64,000 bases of DNA from Dehalococcoidia bacterium (GTDB lineage Bacteria > Chloroflexota > Dehalococcoidia > SpSt-223). The number at the start of each line of letters is the position of its first letter. Positions within the stretch are counted from its first letter, which is position 1. A model generated the notes under the pieces. That model saw only the letters and a program-made list of their open reading frames with translations, had not been told where the DNA came from and did no database searches. The translations under genes and the position numbers were made by a program. Positions 55,325 to 64,000 of the stretch are shown in pieces. The stretch covers positions 338,131 to 402,130 of the forward strand of contig JANWZD010000002.1 in NCBI GenBank assembly GCA_025054935.1. The letters are read 5' to 3'.

Positions 55325-56512
55325 ATGCGAGATGAGCGACGGCTGGTGCTTCGCCAGACGATCGAAAGTGCTGCCGCTGACCTGCGCGCGCTCAGCCTCG
55401 CCATCCATGATCACCCTGAGCTGAACTTCGAGGAGCGGTTTGCGCACGCCCTTCTGACCGACTTTCTCCACGACGCTGGCTTCCACGTTGAACGCGGCGC
55501 CTACGGGCTGCCGACCGCATTTCGGGCCTCGGTTGGCGAGGGGTCGCCGTGCGTCGCGGTGCTCTGCGAATATGATGCGCTGCCGGAGATCGGCCATGCC
55601 TGCGGTCACAACCTGATTGCCGCTGCTGGGGTGGCCGCGGGCCTCGCGCTCAAAGCGGCCGCTCCGGCCGGCACGGTTGTCGTGCTCGGCACCCCTGCCG
55701 AGGAAGGCGGGGGCGGCAAAGTGGTGATGCTCGAGCGCGGCGCGTTCGACGGGGTCGATGTTGCGATGATGGTCCACCCGGCGCCCGGCCACTCCGCCTG
55801 GCCGAACGTCATCGGGGTGGAGGCGCTGGAGGCGCAGTTCTTTGGCCGGAGCGCTCACGCCGCGATGGCGCCCCATGAGGGGGTGAACGCCCTCGACGCG
55901 ATGGTGCTCGCCTTCAACGCAGTCGCCCTGCTGCGCCAGCAGCTGCCGCCGGACACGCGGGTTCACGGCGTCATTACCAGAGGGGGGACAAAACCGAACA
56001 TCATCCCCGACCACACGGCGGCCGAACTGTATGTCCGCGCTCGCCACCCGCACGAACTCGACCGACTGAAGGAGCGCGTTGTCGCCTGTTTCGACGGCGC
56101 GGCTCGCGCCACTGGCTGCCGGCTCGAAGTGCGCTGGCCCGGGCCCCGCTTTCGCGACCTGCGGACGAACGACCCGCTGGCGGCACGGTACGTCAGCCAC
56201 CTCGAAGCGCTTGGGGTGACGGTTCCGCCCCGCGGCGACAACCCTCTCGACCGGATGCTCCTCAGCACTGATATGGGCAATGTCAGCTACGCGGTGCCCG
56301 CTATCCACCCCCTGTTCCGGATTGAGACCGAGGGCGGAAACCATACGCCGGCCTTCGCCGAGGCAGCGCGCTCCATGGAAGCGCACCGCGCGATGCTGCT
56401 GGCGGCGACGGCAATGGCAGAGACCGCGTTCGACTGCTTTGTCGACCCGGCGCTGCTGAACCAGGCGCGCGCGGCGTTCGCTCTTCCGCTTTCGACGACA
56501 GGCGAGGAGTGA
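55325..56512 (+). CDS. M20D-family amidohydrolase / peptidase
   Basis: 395 aa. Metal-site motif EIGHACGHNLIAAA and GTPAEEGGGGK. Confidence 0.9.
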   Translation: MRDERRLVLRQTIESAAADLRALSLAIHDHPELNFEERFAHALLTDFLHDAGFHVERGAYGLPTAFRASVGEGSPCVAVLCEYDALPEIGHACGHNLIAAAGVAAGLALKAAAPAGTVVVLGTPAEEGGGGKVVMLERGAFDGVDVAMMVHPAPGHSAWPNVIGVEALEAQFFGRSAHAAMAPHEGVNALDAMVLAFNAVALLRQQLPPDTRVHGVITRGGTKPNIIPDHTAAELYVRARHPHELDRLKERVVACFDGAARATGCRLEVRWPGPRFRDLRTNDPLAARYVSHLEALGVTVPPRGDNPLDRMLLSTDMGNVSYAVPAIHPLFRIETEGGNHTPAFAEAARSMEAHRAMLLAATAMAETAFDCFVDPALLNQARAAFALPLSTTGEE

Positions 56513-56607
56513 GTGGCAGGCAGCGTGCCCCCGCCGTGTTCTCGCCGCCGCCGCGTTCCCCTCTTCGCTGACCCGAAGGGCTCTCGCCGGCGGCCTCCTC
56601 CGCGACG

Positions 56608-57066
56608 ATGGGCACTTCCTTGGGCTGTCCACCGCTGAGGCATGCTGCCGGTGACGATCGGCGCTCTGCAGCCCTTGTCTCCAAGTGTCTACTGGCGCAC
56701 GGGGCTGCTTGGGGTCGGGTCCCGAACGGGATCGGACTCGCCCCCAGCGAGCCGGGCAGCTGGTTCTGCGAGACCTGCGGCTTGGCCGACGCCATCGTCC
56801 TCGGCTTCCATCTTGCTCAGCTCGGGTACGAGCCGGGATGGACCGCTGCCGAGCGCATTGTCCGCAATCAGCTTCGTCAGGTCGAGCGCATGATCCCTCC
56901 CGAACGGGCTGCCCGCAGCGTCTCAAATGCTGCCGCAATCCTCCGGGGGCAGCGTCGATGCGAGGAACGCATCCCGCACAAACGCAAGCTCTTCCGGAGC
57001 TGCCGCAATCCTCCGGGGGCAGCGTCGATGCGAGGGCGCCCCTCGACGGGCTCCGTGACGGGCTGA
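56608..57066 (+). pseudogene. possible remnant of a larger gene (short region resembling the E-x-C Zn-site segment of DUF1680/GH127-type barrels)
   Basis: Only about 60 aa look protein-like (VPNGIGLAPSEPGSWFCETCGLADAIVLGFHLAQLGYEPGWTAAERIVRNQL). The flanks are low-quality and the 3' part is interrupted by the 37-bp direct repeats, which change frame. Confidence 0.25.
56929..57035. repeat. perfect 37-bp direct repeat x2 separated by a unique 33-bp spacer
   Basis: GCTGCCGCAATCCTCCGGGGGCAGCGTCGATGCGAGG occurs at 56929-56965 and 56999-57035. It contains an internal 6-bp palindrome GCTGCC/GGCAGC. Confidence 0.95.
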
Positions 57067-57112
57067 CCTCCTTGAGCACAGCGATCTCGAGGAAGGCTGC
57101 ACAGGGTCGGCG

Positions 57113-57526
57113 GTGATGGCGGTCCGGGAAGCGGTGAATGCGGTGACCGCCCAGCGCGACAGCGGGCGGTGGATCAACCTGCCCCTAACGCTCCGGACCT
57201 GGCTTGCCGAGATCATGTCTCGCGAGCCGGCGGAAGGGGCGCTCATCGTTACCCTGCGGGTCGGCGGTCCGCTTGGGAACCGCCCAAACGCGCAGCCGCA
57301 GGAGGGAGGATCGATGGAGGTTGCCATCCCGTTGGCGGCGCGGGCGACGACGGTTCTTCTCCTCGCCGCCGCCCCCGGAAGCCGGGTGACCATCCGCTCT
57401 CCCCTCATCGAGCGCGTCAAGTCGCGGCAGCGGGGCGGCATCACCCTGACGGTGCAGCGGGCAGGCGCGACCGTCGTGAGGGTTGTCCCGCCCCGAGAGC
57501 GCTACGCGGTCGTCCCGGCAGGCTGA
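57113..57526 (+). CDS. hypothetical protein
   Basis: 137-aa ORF with good GC3 bias. Its GTG/ATG start overlaps the stop (GTGA) of the upstream reading frame. No family recognised. Confidence 0.45.
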   Translation: MMAVREAVNAVTAQRDSGRWINLPLTLRTWLAEIMSREPAEGALIVTLRVGGPLGNRPNAQPQEGGSMEVAIPLAARATTVLLLAAAPGSRVTIRSPLIERVKSRQRGGITLTVQRAGATVVRVVPPRERYAVVPAG

Positions 57527-57619
57527 CCCCCGCCTCCGACGAGCCCCCTTCTCCCGCCGCCGGACGGCGCTGAAAGCGTTTCCCCGCTCGACCTCGCCCC
57601 CAGCTTCCGCAACAATTGG

Positions 57620-58627
57620 ATGAACGCGCCTGTCGGCCGGCAGAATGGTGCGGGGATCGCGACGATGACGGCAGAAGAGCGCGCGGCGCTCCCACCCCGA
57701 CTGCCTCCCGAAGGGAGGATTACCGACGTTCCGGGCATCCGCGTCGGCCATTGGACCAACCGGGACGCCGCGACCGGCTGCACGGTGGTACTTGCGGACG
57801 GCGGAGCAGTTTGTGGCGTCGACGTGCGCGGGTCGGCGCCGGGCACGCGCGAGACCGACCTGCTGCGGCCCGGCATGCTCGTCGAGCGGGTGGACGCGAT
57901 CCTGCTTGCTGGAGGAAGCGCGTTCGGGCTCGCGGCGGCTGACGGGGTGATGCGCTATCTCGAAGAGCGCGGCGTCGGGTTCGATGCCTGGGTCGCGCGC
58001 GTGCCGATCGTTCCGGCGGCAGTGATCTTCGACCTTGGCATCGGCTCAGCACAGGTTCGGCCCGACGCCGACGCGGGATGGCGCGCGTGCGCTGCGGCGG
58101 CCGATGGAGCAGTCGAAGAAGGGTCCGTGGGGGCGGGCACGGGAGCAACTGTGGCGAAGCGCTATGGCATGGCGCGAGCGGTCAAGGCAGGGCTGGGAAC
58201 GGCCTCGACCGTCCTCCCTGATGAAACGCGGGTCGGCGTGCTCGTCGTTGTCAACGCTGTCGGCGCAGTGGTTGATGAGCGCGGCGTGCCCATCGCTCAG
58301 GAGCGGCCCGGGTCAGCGGGCGGCCCGCTCCCCATCGGCAACACGACCCTCGCCGTCGTCGCGACTGACGCGCCGCTCGACAAGGCGATGGCGACGAAGG
58401 TGGCCCAGATGGCGCACGATGGCCTCGCGATCGCGCTGCGGCCGGCGCATACGATGGTCGACGGCGATGTCGTCTTTGCGCTCGCGACCGGCCGCCGTGC
58501 TGGGCCGGCTGACGTGTCCGCAATCGGCAGCGCCGCAGCGCTGCTGGTTGCGCGGGCGATCGTCCGCGCCGTTCTGCTTGCGACCCCGCTTGGCGGCGTG
58601 CCCGCGGTCTCCTCTCTCCAGGCGTAA
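57620..58627 (+). CDS. P1/S58 family peptidase (DmpA/BapA-like aminopeptidase)
   Basis: 335 aa. Contains ITDVPGIRVGH, VDVRGSAPGTRE, LLAGGSAFGL and self-processing-site-like GNTTLAVVATDA. Confidence 0.88.
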   Translation: MNAPVGRQNGAGIATMTAEERAALPPRLPPEGRITDVPGIRVGHWTNRDAATGCTVVLADGGAVCGVDVRGSAPGTRETDLLRPGMLVERVDAILLAGGSAFGLAAADGVMRYLEERGVGFDAWVARVPIVPAAVIFDLGIGSAQVRPDADAGWRACAAAADGAVEEGSVGAGTGATVAKRYGMARAVKAGLGTASTVLPDETRVGVLVVVNAVGAVVDERGVPIAQERPGSAGGPLPIGNTTLAVVATDAPLDKAMATKVAQMAHDGLAIALRPAHTMVDGDVVFALATGRRAGPADVSAIGSAAALLVARAIVRAVLLATPLGGVPAVSSLQA

Positions 58628-58960
58628 CCGTGCTCAGCGGCTGCCGCTCCCGGCAGAACGCCGTCTTCTTCTCGTATCCGCGCTCGGCTCAGCGGGTCGC
58701 GGGGCTCCTCCGACAGAGGGTAGCCGTCCCTGCTTGGGTGCCGCGGCAAGCAACGCGCGTTCGGCCTCTGCGCGGCGCTGCCGCAAGGACGCAGCGGTAA
58801 GGGCGAGGGAGGCGTCCCCCCGCTGACGGGGCCGGTCACCCTCGAGCCAAGCCGGCCGCCGCGCTGCAGGCAAGGGGCAGGACCGCGGCGACCGAGCCGG
58901 ATGGCCGCGATGCGGGCTCCGGAGGACTGGCCAGCAACCGCTGCATTCCCGCCGGCAGCT

Positions 58961-61042
58961 CTACTGCTGACGGAGCAGCCGCGCCGAATTGAGAAGAATT
59001 CCTACGTCGGGCAACGACTGCGCTGCGGCGGCGAGGGAGAGCGGCAAGATGCCGGCGGCCGCGAGGGCGAGGCCGACGAGGTTGTAGATGCCGGTGAAGG
59101 CGAGATTCGTCTTCACCACGCCCATCGTCCGGCGGGCAATGCGCAGGAGGTCCGGCACCAGCATCCAGTCTTCGCGCATGAGCGCGATGTGCGCCGCTTC
59201 GATAGCGATATCCGTGCCGGCAGCGCCCATGGCGATGCCGATGTCCGCCTGTGCCAGCGCCGGCGCATCGTTGACGCCATCCCCGATCATGACCACGGTA
59301 TGCCCGTTCGCTTGATACTCCCGGACAACCGCGATCTTCTGCTCGGGCAGGAGGTTGGGGCGGTACGGAACGCCCAGTTTTTCGGCGAGCGTCGCGGCAG
59401 AGCGGTCGTTATCGCCGGTGAGGAGTTCGATCTGCGCAATGCCGAGGGCACGCAGCTGATCGAGGGCAGCAGGCACTTCGGGACGGAGCGTATCCGCAGC
59501 GGCGAGGATAGCGGCCGGCGTCCCGTCGAGGGCAACCACGAGGATCGTCTTCCCCTCCGCTTCCAGCTGATCCGCGACGGAACGCGCTTCGGGGAGGGGG
59601 ATGAAGCGGCGGTTGCCGACGGTCACCCATCGACCGTTCACCCGCGCCCGAACGCCCAAGCCAGGCAGCGCTTCAAAGTCTTGCGGGTCCGCGAGGGAGC
59701 GGTTCTGGCGGCGCGCCGCGGCGCGCACCGCTTCGGCGAGAGGATGCTCGGAATACCGTTCGGCCGAGGCAGCCACAGCGAGGAGGTCGGAGGAGGGCAT
59801 GCCGTTGAGCGAAATCACGTCGGTAATTCGCGGCTCGCCGAGGGTGAGCGTGCCGGTCTTGTCCACAAGCACAACATCGGCCCGCGCAAGCAGCTCAAGA
59901 TATTTGCCGCCTTTGATGAGCAGGCCGCGCCGAGCGCTCGCACCGATGGAGGCGAGCATCGCGATCGGCGTGGCTAACGCGAAGGAACACGAGCAGGCGA
60001 CCACCAGCACCGCCGCTGCCGCGAGCGGGTTGCGGCTGAGGAGCAAGGTGAGCGCAGCGACCCCGGCAACAACCGGCAGGTAGAAAGCACTGAACGCATC
60101 AGCGAGGCGCTGCATCTCCCCTCGGTTCGCTTCCGCTTCCTCCACCAGCGCAATGACACGCCCAAATGTGGTGTCTGTGCCGACGCGAAGCGCCCTCACC
60201 CGCAGACTGCCCAGCCTTGCAATCGTCGCGGCGAATACCCGAGCGCCCGTGGTGACATCAACAGGCATGGGCTCGCCCGTGATCGTGGCTTGGTCGACGG
60301 TGGCGTGTCCGTCGACGACTTCGCCGTCCACCGGGATCGTCTCGCCGGGACGGACGAGAACGATGTCGCCCACCCGCACCTCGGAGACCGGCACTTCAAC
60401 TTCGTCGCTCCCCCGCTCGACGCGCGCAGTTTGCGGCGCCGCAGCAGTAAGGTCGCGCACCGCACGGCGCGCGCGCTCGGTAGTAAACCGCTCCACGTAG
60501 TCGCCCACCCGCATGAACACCACGACAATCGCCGCCGCAACCCATTCGCCAACAAGGAGCGCCGCAAGTGCGCCGACCGTCATCAGAGTATGCGAGGTGA
60601 TTTGCCGCTTGCGGGCGGCGCGCGCGACCGCACGAAAGACGGGAAAGCCCCCCGCGATGACGAGGGCGGCGCCCACAGGAAGCGGGACCGCCGCATTCAA
60701 GAGATCGAAGAGGCCAAGCCATTCGCCGGCGACCACAGTGCCGAGCACGGTGACGAACGCGACCGCGAGCAGCGCCGTCAGCTGGCGGCTGAGAGAGCGG
60801 GCAGCGGAAACGGACGGCACGGCGGCCGCCGGCACTGCGTAGCCGGCGCGAGCGAGGGCGCGGCGGATCACCGCTCCATCGACGCGGTCGGGGTCGCCGA
60901 GGATAACCGCCTTCTCTGCGGCAACCAGAACGTTGACCGACTCTACGCCGGGCAGCTTCGCGATCGCTTCTCGCACCTGCGCTGCACACTCCGCGCAGTC
61001 GATGCCTGCGATGGGAATGTCAAACCGCTGCAGCTTCGCCGT
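58961..61042 (-). CDS. heavy-metal P1B-type ATPase (ZntA/CadA-like HMA domain) with atypical start and C-S-C membrane motif
   Basis: The track ORF 58961..60976 starts inside the HMA domain. The in-frame upstream sequence encodes AKLQRFDIPIAGIDCAEC with no ATG/GTG/TTG; GGAGG plus 6 nt precedes ACG at 61040-61042. Motifs ITGEP, DKTGTLT and GDGVNDAPAL are present. ACSCSFALATP replaces CPC. Confidence 0.85.
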   Translation of the reverse strand, partial: TAKLQRFDIPIAGIDCAECAAQVREAIAKLPGVESVNVLVAAEKAVILGDPDRVDGAVIRRALARAGYAVPAAAVPSVSAARSLSRQLTALLAVAFVTVLGTVVAGEWLGLFDLLNAAVPLPVGAALVIAGGFPVFRAVARAARKRQITSHTLMTVGALAALLVGEWVAAAIVVVFMRVGDYVERFTTERARRAVRDLTAAAPQTARVERGSDEVEVPVSEVRVGDIVLVRPGETIPVDGEVVDGHATVDQATITGEPMPVDVTTGARVFAATIARLGSLRVRALRVGTDTTFGRVIALVEEAEANRGEMQRLADAFSAFYLPVVAGVAALTLLLSRNPLAAAAVLVVACSCSFALATPIAMLASIGASARRGLLIKGGKYLELLARADVVLVDKTGTLTLGEPRITDVISLNGMPSSDLLAVAASAERYSEHPLAEAVRAAARRQNRSLADPQDFEALPGLGVRARVNGRWVTVGNRRFIPLPEARSVADQLEAEGKTILVVALDGTPAAILAAADTLRPEVPAALDQLRALGIAQIELLTGDNDRSAATLAEKLGVPYRPNLLPEQKIAVVREYQANGHTVVMIGDGVNDAPALAQADIGIAMGAAGTDIAIEAAHIALMREDWMLVPDLLRIARRTMGVVKTNLAFTGIYNLVGLALAAAGILPLSLAAAAQSLPDVGILLNSARLLRQQ

Positions 61043-61273
61043 GGCACGCCTCCAGGACGGCGGAATGAAGAGACGGGTAAACGCCTTTGGCGATACCAGC
61101 GCGCGGCGTAGCTACGCGCTGGTCGCTCAAGGCAGCGAAGACAAACCGCCCGCGCCGTGCGGCTGCGGCCAGCCCGCTCTCGCGCAAGACAGGACGGTGA
61201 TGAGAAAGTGTGAACTGCTGCGGCCTGTAGCCTCAGCGATCTCGCTCACGGTCCGAGGGCCGCTCCTCAGCAC
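61020..61273 (-). pseudogene. ArsR/SmtB-family metalloregulator, reading frame split (apparent 1-nt indel), N-terminus unclear
   Basis: Frame A reads VLRSGPRTVSEIAEATGRS.... The adjacent frame reads QQFTLSHHRPVLRESGLAAAARRGRFVFAAL...LEACHGEAAAV, with its stop at 61020-61022 overlapping the ATPase 5' region. Both halves are below the 60-aa cutoff. Confidence 0.55.
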
Positions 61274-61357
61274 CTCACCTCAACAGATTTTGATCATATT
61301 CTCCCCCGCAGGGCGCGGCGCGCGCCACTGCTCCTGCCTTGACGCATTCCCTCCCCC

Positions 61358-62209
61358 TTGCGTACAGTCGATCGTGGGCAGCCAGCCCATGGAGAGCCAG
61401 CAATCGCCCGCATTCTTGTCACTAACGACGACGGTATTTATGCCCCCGGCCTGTGGGCGCTTGTCGATGCGGTCAGCTACCTCGGCGAAGTTGTGGTGAT
61501 CGCGCCGGACCGTGAACAGAGCGGGATTGGCGCCGCGATCTCCCTGCATCACCCGCTCCGCTTATCGAAACTGCGCATGCCGGCCCATCCCGAGATCGAT
61601 ACCTATGCCGTGCAGGGAACGCCCGGCGACTGCGTCATCCTCGGTTTGCAGAACATCATGAAGGATGGGGTTGACCTCGTTGTCAGTGGGGTCAATGACG
61701 GTGCTAATCTCGGCAACGACGTGCTGATCTCGGGCACGGTGGGCGGCGCAATGCAGGGCTATTTTGCCGGTATCCCGGCGATTGCGGTTTCGGCAGCGTG
61801 GAAGACCACCGATTTTCGTCCCGCAGCGCGCGTGGCTGCGGTGCTTGCGGACTTTATTCTCTCCGAGCGGCTGCCCTCGGAGGTGCTGCTGAATGTCAAC
61901 GTGCCGGACCGGCCGCTCGACCGCATGAGCGGGATCGCCGTGACGACGCTGGCGCGTCAGACCTATGTCGACGTGATCGAGCAGACAGAGGATGCTCGCG
62001 GCCGCATGATCTACTGGATCACGCGCGGCCGGGCCACCACCGACGAGTTTGAGCCGGGCACGGATATCTGGGCGATGCGCAATCACTATATCTCGATCAC
62101 GCCGCTCCAGAGCGACCTCGCGAGCCGCGAGCAGTTTGAACTCCTCGAGGAGCTGATCCCCGCTCTCCGCCAGCATCTCCTCGCTCCCCTGCCCGTCCTT
62201 GAGGACTGA
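61358..62209 (+). CDS. surE: 5'/3'-nucleotidase SurE
   Basis: 283 aa. N-terminal RILVTNDDGIYAPG plus SGVNDGANLG. TTG start (uncertain). Confidence 0.9.
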   Translation: MRTVDRGQPAHGEPAIARILVTNDDGIYAPGLWALVDAVSYLGEVVVIAPDREQSGIGAAISLHHPLRLSKLRMPAHPEIDTYAVQGTPGDCVILGLQNIMKDGVDLVVSGVNDGANLGNDVLISGTVGGAMQGYFAGIPAIAVSAAWKTTDFRPAARVAAVLADFILSERLPSEVLLNVNVPDRPLDRMSGIAVTTLARQTYVDVIEQTEDARGRMIYWITRGRATTDEFEPGTDIWAMRNHYISITPLQSDLASREQFELLEELIPALRQHLLAPLPVLED

Positions 62210-62228
62210 CGCGCCGCCGCAGAGAACA

Positions 62229-62256
62229 ACGCCCCGTCCGCAGCGGGACGGGGCGT
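62229..62256. terminator. bidirectional terminator hairpin between surE and groEL
   Basis: ACGCCCCGTCC-GCAGCG-GGACGGGGCGT, a perfect 11-bp stem between the two convergent stops. Confidence 0.6.
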
Positions 62257-62277
62257 GAGCGGAGGGCGAGGGAGAGG

Positions 62278-64000
<1,723 letters not shown>

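Noticed and set aside
56929-57035. Calling the 37-bp repeats a CRISPR array feature.
   Set aside because: There are only two repeats, no cas genes in the 64 kb, and no typical repeat termini. The repeats lie in sequence with coding-like codon bias. I report them as a repeat with CRISPR-like geometry, not as CRISPR.
58634-58873. 79-aa minus-strand ORF in the convergent spacer between the DmpA-like gene and the ATPase.
   Set aside because: It is Arg-rich (RRRRR run), has only moderate GC3, lacks an SD, and lies downstream of the ATPase stop with no promoter context.
61280-61330. Attempt to extend the ArsR-like gene N-terminally through a third frame (EYDQNLLR...), invoking a 13-nt duplication (TGAGGTGCTGAGG).
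   Set aside because: The upstream translation (AVARAAPCGGEYDQNLLR) does not resemble ArsR alpha1-alpha2 helices well enough, so this is too speculative. I note only that the N-terminus is unclear.

Overview
This is a high-GC, gene-dense bacterial chromosome segment. The GroEL sequence, F420/LLM-type enzymes and operon style suggest Chloroflexota (Thermomicrobia-like) or a similar lineage; that is inference only, since no search was possible. Most of the window is housekeeping. On the minus strand: pyrR-pyrB-pyrC-carA-carB with a PyrR-type leader hairpin, lipA-lipB, surE and groES-groEL. On the plus strand: an aroE-aroC-(TIM barrel)-aroK/aroB-hslV string, a larB-larE-larC nickel-pincer cofactor cluster, nrdR and mnmA. 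There are two tandem tRNA-Ser genes. The rest is metabolic or regulatory: two family-III CoA-transferases, a 4-hydroxybutyryl-CoA-dehydratase-like gene, two SDRs, an M20 peptidase, a DmpA-like peptidase, two clan GH-A glycosidases, a GT4, a split chrA, bacterioferritin, YggX, one hybrid and one NarL-type two-component system, and a GGDEF protein. I found no transposase, integrase, cas, reverse transcriptase or recognisable defence genes, and no clear novel multi-gene system. The parts that ordinary annotation does not explain are listed here. (1) A metal-efflux module with three oddities: an ArsR-type regulator split over two frames, an ATPase whose CxxC lies upstream of any canonical start, and C-S-C in place of CPC. 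(2) A perfect 37-bp direct repeat with a 33-bp spacer inside an apparent gene-remnant zone at 56.5-57.1 kb. (3) Two unusually long non-coding stretches (about 32.5-33.2 kb and 54.06-54.5 kb), the second showing the motif order of a cobalamin riboswitch. (4) A TIM-barrel gene embedded in the shikimate operon. (5) Several small ORFs missing from the ORF track or of unknown function. Many long ORFs in the track are antisense shadow ORFs typical of GC-rich DNA and were not called.
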